From Chrysomallon squamiferum (taxonomy: Eukaryota; Animalia; Mollusca): a stretch of DNA of 64,000 bases. How positions within the stretch are numbered: position 1 is the stretch's first letter; each line of letters begins with the position of its first letter. Of this stretch, positions 56,201-64,000 are shown one piece after another. The notes under the pieces are model-generated. The model did no database searches. It was not told the DNA's origin and saw only the letters and a list, made by a program, of their open reading frames with translations. The position numbers and the translations under genes were made by a program. The stretch is from contig CM022668.1 of assembly GCA_012295275.1 (NCBI GenBank), positions 7,254,001-7,318,000 on the forward strand. Reading direction: 5' to 3'.

Positions 56201-57536
56201 TACACTAATTGTGTCTGGTTTTCTGCACTGAATGACCAGGATGTGTATGGTTTGTACAAACAGGGGACACAAGCACACTGCACACTGTGAATATAACTAT
56301 CTCTTACAAAGTGTTGATTTTTCAGTCCTTCTTCTTGTGGGGTTCCTTTCGCCGACTGGATTTTTAGTGAAAATTCCCTGAAAAAAAAAATAAAAAATAC
56401 TAACAAATAATAATAATAATAATAATAACAACAACAATAATAATAATAATAATAAAATATATAACAACAACAACAATAACAATAATAACATTAGCATGAA
56501 AATCAACAATCACCAATAATGATGATAATAATAATAGTAATGAAAATGTATTAAATTTTAAATCCAGTGAAAATTCTTTGTGTATGTGTATTCATACATA
56601 CACATGGACTCATTGATTCTGTTAAATAAATCAAGATGTAGTGAGGTAGTGAAGTTTACCGATGCATTCTGTTGTAATGTGCTGTTGCTGGTATGATGCC
56701 AATGCTGAGAGCTCGCTGTGTGAGGTGGAAACACTCGGTGATGAAGCTGTGAACGTTGTGCAAGTTGTCGGGGAGTGGACCCAGTCTCTTTTCTTTCTCA
56801 CAAACTGAAATGTAAAACTGACAGTTAATTTTAAAAACACACAAGTGTTTGTGTGTGTGTGAGTGCGTGTGTGTGCGTGCATGCGTGTATTTGTGTGTGT
56901 TTATATGCAATTAAAAGATTTATAAGTAATATAAATTATGACTTAATAATATTAACATTAATAACAGGACATAATAATAATAATAAATAATAATATTATT
57001 ATTAATATGAATATAAATAATAAATACAGCAATTTGAAATTGAACAAAAAACAAAATATAAAAATAAAATACAAATAATTAATTAAATTAATGACTTGCA
57101 GAATTTGGTTTTATAAAAAAAATACATAGCAAATAAAAATACAAAAGATAATAACAAAATTTTTAAATAAATAAATAGGTAAATAAGTATGTAACTTACT
57201 AAATAAGTAAGTAAGTAAGTAAGTAAATAAATAATGACATACTAATCTGAGCTCCAGCAAGACAGGTTTCAAAATCAAAATTCAGTCGACATGCTTCTGA
57301 TGTTGAATAACTCAAGTCTATTTTCTTCACCTTTGTCGAGTCAGCAAATATAGGAGTGAAAAAATCCAGCAGAACAGTGCAGAAATTCAACATGTATCCT
57401 AGGGAAAACAGTTAAAAAATGTGTTTTTCTTTATAATGTAATGTTTTGACCACTAGTAATTGTAGAGTAAAAACATTCATACACAACACATTTTGATGTG
57501 TATGCATGTATGTGTTTGTACAGGTGATTTCATTTT

Positions 57537-57569
<33 letters not shown>

Positions 57570-57668
57570 ATAAGATAGAGATGGTTGTTTTCTCAGCATG
57601 TACACAGGCACACACACTATATATATATATATATATTTGAAATAATAATTACCATCTATGTAGTAGTC

Positions 57669-57766
<98 letters not shown>

Positions 57767-60575
57767 GTGTGTTGTGCAGTGTAGGTTGCAGTTGTCTGTG
57801 TCTGTATATGTTTATATATCTGTGTTTGTCATATATAAGTGTAGTGTGTTTGTGTATTCATTTGTATATCCATTAGAGAATGTATGTGTGTGTATATGTA
57901 TCACATGCATGTATATCACTGTGTATGTCTCACTGACCCAAGTTAAGAGAATTAATTTAAAATAAGACTCTCACCGTCAGAACAGCAAGCCTGTAGCTGT
58001 GTGTCACTTTCTAGAATTCCTGGACTGCGCAGATCATTGAGACAAATAACAGCAGCAAGCCACGACAACGCTTGTTCCCTCGTTGTCTTTGATGTCATCA
58101 CTGCCTTCAGTGCGTTGTAAACCACAGCCTGACATCTGTGTACACCTTCCTGTATAGCTGTCTGAATTTTTAAACATCAATACACTATTTCACTTGAAAA
58201 TTAATAATAATAATAATAATAATAATGATGATGATGATGATGATAATAACAATAGTAACAATAATAATAATAATAATAATAACAATAACAATAGAAATAA
58301 TAATAATAACAATTATAACAGAAATAATAATAATAACAATTATAACAGTGTAATAATAATAGTAGTAGTAGTAGTAGTATTAATAATAATCATAACAACA
58401 ATATTAACAGTTGTAGTAATGATATAAACACAACAACAAAAGTAAATAAATAAATGGAAAGTAGAGAGATTAAAACAGAATTAAAAGTCATCTATAGTTA
58501 GAAAACAATTTATCATGCTGGCTTGGAACCAGATTTTTCTGGACTGAATATATATTTAAAAGATAAACCAAAATGTAGAACATCAGTTGGTACCATTGTT
58601 ACTTGTCTGTTACTTGTCTAATAATCTTCTAGTAATATCTTTCTTGTTTTTATTATTCATTTATAATAATAATGATAATTAATATTAACATACCTCCACA
58701 AGTCTGATATCTGTCTCGGTAACCTTTGGAAACCCTCGCATAGATGTAAAAGGAGTAACAGAATTTCCTGACATAACCATTGTTCGACCTTTCATCAGTT
58801 TTGTTGGCACAGTAGAAATTTCCAGAAGCTGACCAAATATTGAGTTTTTCTCAAAGTAATTACCCTGAAATAAAAATAAATAAATAAATAAAAATATTTT
58901 CCCAATTATACTACAGAGCAAAACCTATTTCATGGCCATCTGTGTTCGACAGCCACTTTGAGGTTCTGAATGGTAACCACCTTTCTATAGCAACCACTTT
59001 TGCAAGGTTTCTTGAAAGGTTGTTATAAACAGGTTTGTCTGTACACACAATTAATTATATTATGTATGTATCTGCATTTATATACATACATAAATGATTA
59101 AGTCTTTGTTTCAAAACAACTGAATGGTGCCAGTTCACCCATTCACAATCTGATTCTTGTCATCTTTGTATATGTGACAGACTGATAGCTATGTTTGAAT
59201 CCAGATTTAATTATCTGTTTTATATTATCATAGGTGTATTAATATCCAGTTACTCAGGAGAACAGATCCTGCATCTCCTAGAACAGAAGTTTTCAAACTG
59301 TGATAAAGCAAGAGTTATAAAGGTGTGTGAACAAAATTCAGGAACAGTGGATGCAAAACATAAAAACAGTATTTATACAGATAACCATTGAGAGAAAAAA
59401 AATCCTGAAGCTGCACTGCCATGATATGAGGAAAAGTGGAAGCATTAACAAAATGTTTTCTCCAAGGAGAAGAGTTAGAAAAATGTGTTAAAACATCCAC
59501 CAAAGAGCACTCTAACAACTGAGACTTAAAAAAAAATCCTTTATTATATTAGCATAAAAACATTTAAAATATTTACCAAGCCTTCAGCAGCATTTTTCAC
59601 TTCTCTTTCCAGAGCAAGTGCAATAACATGACCAGCACTGGGCTGCAAATAAAAAAACATCATAATAAATTAGTAAGTCTTAAAAAAAATACATAGTTTT
59701 CAGTCTACATATGCCTGAAATATGTCTATATATGCAAAGAAAAAACAACATAATAAATGAATGTCTTAAAAAAAAAACATAGTTGTCTGTCTACATATGC
59801 CTGAAATATGTCTATATATGCAAATAAAAAAACAACATAATAAATTAGTAAGTCTTGAAAAAACACATAGTTTTCTGTCTATACATGCCTGAAATATGTC
59901 TATATATGCAAAGAAAAAACAACATAATAAATTAGTAAGTCTTGAAAAAAACACATAGTTTTCTGTCTACATATGTCTGAATAATATATATATATAAATT
60001 TTTTTTTTTTGAATTACACTTTCAAGTGTCATGATCTAGAGTCTAGATTCTAGACTCTTGCTGTACCAATGAAGAAACTTTCTGGTGTTTTATATGTTTC
60101 ACTTCGTCAAATTCAAAGCCTGATGTCATCTACTTCTGTCCTAATTTCTGCTGACACATGGTAATACTCATATCAGAAATGAAGACAATAAACTAATACA
60201 TTTTCTTTATTTATTATTTTTACAAGTTTTAATCTTATATTTCATTCATAATCCATTATGCATAAAGATGGAAGACAGTAAACAGATTCCACAGCTATTT
60301 AGCAGTAAGTAATTACATATGTGCACCATCCCTGAGATTGAAAGGTTTATACTGTGTGTGGTCTTTATTAAATGAGTCATGTTTGGAATAAGAAAAGCAA
60401 GGAATAATATAAAGTAACTTACATGTGACAGCAGAGTTTCTAAGGCATTTAACGTCCTTCCTTCTCTAAACACTACTTCATCTAATCTGAAAAAATATAA
60501 ACAAAATTTAACAGTTTTAAATTTAAATATTTTAATTTCTTGTTGTAGTAAATTAATCAGAAAAAAAATAATGAG

Positions 60576-60644
<69 letters not shown>

Positions 60645-63121
60645 AAAAGAACATTAAGCAGTTTATGTAAAAAGGAATTAACTTATAAAATGCACTATAT
60701 GAATGAATAAACATTAAGTTTACCTTTCAGATAAAACTGATAAAAAAAAAATAATAATGATTGACCAAACAGTTACCAAAACCTGACAGAAGCACATCTT
60801 TACCTAATCCAGACACATTTGGAGAATTTTATGCATCAGAACAAACAAAATTTCATTCAGTTACATAATTTTATTGATTATATAAAAACTACTTGGTTAA
60901 ACATTTAAATTTTTGTTTTATTTCCAAGATGAAATTAATGTTCATTCAAAAAATGAAATGAATTGAACAATTTTTTAAGTATTTATTGGGCTATACAAAA
61001 ATAAACCAGTAGCCCATGGTGGTTATTCAGGTGTGTTGTTTGAATGTTGCTCACATTTGGCTCTTATTCTTATTACTCTCCCATTACCCAGAGATCCAGA
61101 TACATCTGTATCATGATACAATTAGCTGTGAGGAATGGTATACTGTTTCAGAACAAGTGTCACAATATTTCAAAACAGAAGACAGAAAAATTAGTTTCCA
61201 TTATAATCCATAACTGTATTACTGAATAACCTCAATAGTTATTGTGAATTTACAATATTTTGTGGATGTGTAGTACCCACATGGCACAGTGAAAACATAT
61301 ATACTCCTAAATGTAACATAAATGTTAAAAAGTCAAAATGTGAGAAAGAATATAAACAATTTGAAACTCACTTTTTTACACTTGTTATCTGTTTTCCTCC
61401 TGCTTTCAGAAGTACAGTGACTAAATCAACAGACTCATCACATTCCAACAGCCGCGACAACAGTGATGCAGACACAACAACGCTGTCTTCAGCCCATCCT
61501 GTCAGTCTCCATAGAAACACAACACATTCGTTCTACAAACAGAGTTCTTTTTTAATTTTGTTAAAAATTATTCTGATTTGACATTAGAAGTAATTAACAC
61601 GTTGAAAATAGAAGATTAAAGTTTGATAACTTTGATAATAAATCAAACTCTATAATGGAATTAAAATGATTATATTTTATTTTAATTAATTAAAAAATAA
61701 TACAAAAATTATTAACTTAACATGCAAATTTTAGTAGATCAAAGAAGCACTGAAAAATTCAATGAACAAATTTTAATAATGAAAATAAAAAACAAAGTCA
61801 AAAAGATTATTCTAAAATTATTATAAACACACTATCTATATCAAGATGTTCTAATTTAAAAAAATTTTACAAGCATAAAACTAAACATTAAATAACAAAA
61901 GAAGTTGTAATTTAAATATTTTAAAAATATACACATTAACTGAAAAAGGATTCGAAACAAAATTTATTAATTTTAATAACTGTTAGACATTTAATTTAGT
62001 TTCAAACTTCAAAAATCTTACTTGAGAGTCTTTTTCAAAATCAGACCACAAGTCATCATCTTCTGATATACTGGCTGATTCTACAAGACAAAATAATATA
62101 TTTTCATTTGAATTTAGTTTCATAAATTTCATGAGTCCAAGTTTTAAAGCCTGTGTTGGTTGTAACTGCCACAAAACATGCATTCACAATAATTAAATAC
62201 CTAACAATTTGCAACTTTTATCCAAAATGGTGAAATGATTTTTAGTTTGCACACAAAGCTATATTTAAAATTACAATCAATTGCTCAAATACTCATTGCC
62301 ATGGAGACCAGATAAAAGTATCAAGTAAACCAAACACAGACTCAAATGTTCTGTTATCTGTGTACAACAACAACAACAACAACAACAACAACACAATCAT
62401 TACAGCATGATTTCTTTTGCCCACTAATTTGCAAGTAGGAATATTTTTGCAATTTGCTTCCTTGAATTACCAACAGGCACATGAGCAGTGGAATGTGAAA
62501 TATCTCTATTCATGGTCACCTCTTTAAATTTTTATATTTATTTTAAGATTATAATAACCACACATCAAGATGTTTTACTAAATAAAAATCTAATTGTAAA
62601 GATTCTTAACAATAACTACTCTAAAGAGTTATAACAGTAACTAAATCTAAATATCCTAGTAACAATAGAGCATTATAAAGTGACTATAAATCTATTAGAA
62701 ACAGTAAATACAGTTAAAATTATAATCTTACCATTATTAATGTTTTTAAAGATGATTGCAACACAAGCAGTTTTCAACCAATCAGAGGCAGCATCAACAA
62801 GGTTGTCATGGTAACTGTTCTCAAACTCCTCACAACAAGCAAAACAGCGGACTGCGTACTTAGTCTGACTGATCTGGCGGGACACGATTCTTTGTAAGAG
62901 TGGATCAAGTTTAGTGGAAATGTCAGTCACTGCGTCAGGTAAATCAGCGACATTAATGTCCAGTTTACCTAAAGAGTACCTGGTTTTCACTTCTTCTGCA
63001 ACATGCTAGAAAAAAATAAAAAATAATAACAGTAACAACAATGACAACAACAACAAAAAGCATAATCATAACAATAACAAAAAATATAGAAAAATAACAA
63101 TAGAAAATAGAAATAAATCAT

Positions 63122-63156
<35 letters not shown>

Positions 63157-64000
63157 AATAAAATTATAATTAAATTAAAATAAATAAATACAATTATAAA
63201 TAAAATAAACTATATCTCTACATTAATGTAGAAAAACTAATATTATGTTATTTTACTGTCATGCTTTGTCACAGAACTGATTTATGACGAGTTAAAAATA
63301 AAATGATTACATGGAAGTTTCTGAATGTTTGTTCAAGTCATTTATGATCCATATTATTTTAAATCAAAATCATTATAAATATTTTCAGAAATGAATTCTT
63401 AGTTACCACTTGACAGTCCAAAACCTGTGACAGAAAGGCAATCAATTTATTTGTATCTGTTGTTTTTCCTCTTTCTTCTTCACTGGCAGATACGTTATCT
63501 GTCTTTTCTTTGGCTATCCTTTTACTAGGAGATTTGTCTCGAGCCGTCTGATTGGCTGAAATTGCTCCAACAGTTTCTGTGGGAGAGATTTCACCTTGGC
63601 TGTCCAGTTCATACAGTGATGGTGATCCTTTCTTGAACCCAGACTTATTACGCTTTGGCGAGCCAGGTTTTATTTTCTTAGACTTCACTTCTTGCTCCAC
63701 TGGAGAACTTTCGTTGCTTGAAACGTGGTTACTTGTCTCTTCATCTGCATGTCCTCTTTCTTTTCTTCTCACCCCAGGATCCAAAGTCTTCAGGTGTCGG
63801 TTTACAGCGAAGTGACTGTGCTTCACCTGTGTCAGTTTGCTGATCTTCTTCGGAACCTGTTTGGCAATGACATCTTTGACGAAATGTCCTATGTCTTTGT
63901 GAGGAAGGCGTGCGTGTTCATCCTCGTTCGGAGAGGAATCAGAATCATTCAGCTTCTCGTCAACTTCGGGAATTTCGAACGTTGTTTTTCTCTGTTTGCA
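40398..64000 (-). CDS. Multi-exon gene encoding a Ufd2/UBE4-type E4 core fused to a BIRC6-type UBC (E2) domain; 5'-incomplete
   Basis: 28 hand-assembled GT-AG exons, all phases compatible, 3981 nt in one frame. Ufd2-core motifs: [88 protein letters not shown] motifs: [47 protein letters not shown]. Confidence 0.88.
40977..41061 (-). CDS. E4-E2 fusion gene exon (UBC C-terminal helices)
   Basis: [28 protein letters not shown]; phases 0/1. Confidence 0.88.
41670..41762 (-). CDS. E4-E2 fusion gene exon (UBC)
   Basis: [31 protein letters not shown]; phases 0/0. Confidence 0.93.
42157..42268 (-). CDS. E4-E2 fusion gene exon with the E2 catalytic Cys
   Basis: [37 protein letters not shown]; Cys codon at 42232-42234; phases 2/0. 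Confidence 0.95.
42236..43045. repeat. 70-bp tandem repeat spanning the acceptor of the catalytic exon (11 copies plus 1 degenerate)
   Basis: GGTTGAAACT recurs exactly every 70 bp from 42261 to 42961; degenerate copy at about 43031. Confidence 0.97.
43577..43734 (-). CDS. E4-E2 fusion gene exon (UBC beta-sheet)
   Basis: [53 protein letters not shown]; phases 0/2. Confidence 0.95.
43735..45200. repeat. 29-30-bp satellite, about 50 copies, filling an intron
   Basis: Unit CTGTACACAAAACTAAAATACTAACTTAAT, beginning exactly at the exon acceptor. Confidence 0.95.
45303..45393 (-). CDS. E4-E2 fusion gene exon (UBC helix 1)
   Basis: [30 protein letters not shown]; phases 2/0; AAG acceptor. Confidence 0.85.
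45604..45647 (-). CDS. E4-E2 fusion gene exon (pre-UBC)
   Basis: [15 protein letters not shown]; phases 0/2 bridge the neighbouring exons. Confidence 0.75.
46011..46178 (-). CDS. E4-E2 fusion gene linker exon
   Basis: [10 protein letters not shown]...[23 protein letters not shown]; phases 0/0. Confidence 0.8.
47353..47569 (-). CDS. E4-E2 fusion gene exon (end of Ufd2 core)
   Basis: [19 protein letters not shown]...GFLVSMVKD...LSDLIKE; phases 2/0. Confidence 0.9.
48167..48590. mobile_element. Possible old MITE remnant
   Basis: 12-bp inverted termini CAGTGCAGGGTT / AACCCTGCACTG; no target-site duplication found. Confidence 0.3.
48907..48974 (-). CDS. E4-E2 fusion gene exon (Ufd2 core)
   Basis: [23 protein letters not shown], compare UBE4 LCGPKCxxLKVxNPEKY; phases 0/2. 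Confidence 0.9.
49554..49652 (-). CDS. E4-E2 fusion gene exon (Ufd2 core)
   Basis: [33 protein letters not shown]; phases 0/0. Confidence 0.88.
50365..50459 (-). CDS. E4-E2 fusion gene exon (Ufd2 core)
   Basis: [31 protein letters not shown]; phases 1/0. Confidence 0.88.
50467..50690. repeat. 92-bp tandem repeat next to an acceptor, about 2.4 copies
   Basis: ATAAAGAATG at 50478, 50570 and 50662. Confidence 0.8.
51110..51209 (-). CDS. E4-E2 fusion gene exon (Ufd2 core)
   Basis: [33 protein letters not shown], compare UBE4 NDxxFLLDESLxxLxxI; phases 0/1. Confidence 0.9.
51810..51900 (-). CDS. E4-E2 fusion gene exon (Ufd2 core)
   Basis: [30 protein letters not shown]; phases 2/0. Confidence 0.88.
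52405..52572 (-). CDS. E4-E2 fusion gene exon (Ufd2 core)
   Basis: [16 protein letters not shown]...[31 protein letters not shown]; phases 2/2. Confidence 0.9.
53307..53867. mobile_element. Non-autonomous DNA transposon (MITE), 561 bp
   Basis: Terminal inverted repeats GGGTCATTCCGTGTCAAATCA(T/C)CCAA, continuing imperfectly through TTTAAACCCGAC; TATA on both sides (53303-53306, 53868-53871) as a TA or TATA target duplication. Confidence 0.9.
54050..54180 (-). CDS. E4-E2 fusion gene exon (Ufd2 core)
   Basis: [43 protein letters not shown]; phases 0/2. Confidence 0.87.
54265..54805. repeat. Degenerate satellite, unit about 35 bp
   Basis: Recurrent AGATTGTTGTAAAAAGAAGTTTGTATTAGAAGTAC. Confidence 0.9.
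54805..55046 (-). pseudogene. Two broken copies of an expected Ufd2-core exon
   Basis: [16 protein letters not shown] is readable at about 55020-54973 but out of frame with the acceptor at 55047. A second, more degraded copy lies at about 54810-54892. Confidence 0.5.
55486..55602 (-). CDS. E4-E2 fusion gene exon (Ufd2 core)
   Basis: [39 protein letters not shown]; phases 0/0. Confidence 0.85.
55780..56206. repeat. Degenerate minisatellite, unit about 20 bp
   Basis: Recurrent AACACATTAACTCTCACACT. Confidence 0.85.
56308..56377 (-). CDS. E4-E2 fusion gene exon
   Basis: [23 protein letters not shown]|GTAAGA; phases 2/0. Confidence 0.78.
56660..56804 (-). CDS. E4-E2 fusion gene exon (Ufd2 core)
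   Basis: ...[31 protein letters not shown], compare UBE4 FxTECFFLT; phases 1/2. Confidence 0.92.
57243..57398 (-). CDS. E4-E2 fusion gene exon (Ufd2 core)
   Basis: [31 protein letters not shown]...ETCLAGAQI; phases 1/1. Confidence 0.92.
57975..58161 (-). CDS. E4-E2 fusion gene exon (start of Ufd2 core)
   Basis: [11 protein letters not shown]...[19 protein letters not shown]...CCSDG; phases 0/1. Confidence 0.92.
58694..58864 (-). CDS. E4-E2 fusion gene exon
   Basis: [17 protein letters not shown]..., compare Ufd2 GxxxExxSxLGxxLxxS; phases 0/0. Confidence 0.88.
58914..59041. mobile_element. Short pogo/Tc1-mariner-type MITE remnant
   Basis: TA-CAGAGCAAAACCT ... AGGTTTGTCTG-TA termini with internal ACCAC/GCCAC repeats typical of pogo-like MITEs. 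Confidence 0.5.
59577..59642 (-). CDS. E4-E2 fusion gene exon
   Basis: [22 protein letters not shown]; phases 0/0. Confidence 0.75.
59644..59985. repeat. 88-bp tandem repeat starting at an acceptor, about 4 copies
   Basis: TGCAAA unit starts at 59644, 59733, 59819 and 59907. Confidence 0.88.
60423..60486 (-). CDS. E4-E2 fusion gene exon
   Basis: [21 protein letters not shown]|GTAAGT; phases 2/0. Confidence 0.78.
61372..61532 (-). CDS. E4-E2 fusion gene exon
   Basis: [53 protein letters not shown]|GTGAG; phases 0/2. Confidence 0.8.
62022..62080 (-). CDS. E4-E2 fusion gene exon
   Basis: [20 protein letters not shown]|GTAAG; phases 1/0. Confidence 0.75.
62732..63005 (-). CDS. E4-E2 fusion gene exon (N-terminal region)
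   Basis: [19 protein letters not shown]...[12 protein letters not shown]|GTAAG; phases 0/1. Confidence 0.82.
63407..64000 (-). CDS. E4-E2 fusion gene, large N-terminal-region exon (runs off window)
   Basis: Frame open from 64000 ([13 protein letters not shown]...) to donor GTG|GTAACT at 63406; S/E/K-rich, likely disordered. Confidence 0.8.

Noticed and set aside
47353-58864. Calling the gene a canonical UBE4A/UBE4B
   Set aside because: The core is divergent and no U-box follows.
59191-59518. Overlapping short ORFs in an intron
   Set aside because: No recognisable domain and not needed for the phase-consistent gene model; may be a decayed transposon.

Overview
AT-rich, microsatellite-dense animal genomic DNA (probably an invertebrate, possibly a mollusc; this is inference from composition and repeats). 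It holds two convergent protein-coding genes. (1) Plus strand: a Klumpfuss-type (EGR/WT1-related) C2H2 zinc-finger transcription factor, almost all in one 3.45-kb exon (25554-29003), preceded by about 25 kb of repeat-rich non-coding DNA with candidate 5' exons. (2) Minus strand: a gene running in from the window end (64000) to a stop at 40398. I assembled it by hand into 28 GT-AG exons with consistent phases (3981 nt, 1326 aa plus stop, N-terminus outside the window). The protein reads as a Ufd2/UBE4-type E4 core domain whose usual C-terminal U-box is absent and replaced by a BIRC6-type E2 (UBC) domain with an intact catalytic Cys. This apparent E4-E2 hybrid is the main finding. Its introns carry tandem repeats anchored on splice sites, including a 70-bp array that copies the acceptor and first codons of the catalytic exon and would stop translation just before the active-site Cys. 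One expected Ufd2-core exon is visible only as two broken copies. Also present: an L2-type LINE remnant, MITEs, a tRNA-derived SINE head, a hairpin and many satellites. Most short ORFs in the supplied track are microsatellite artefacts. Family calls rest on motif recognition from memory; no database search was run.
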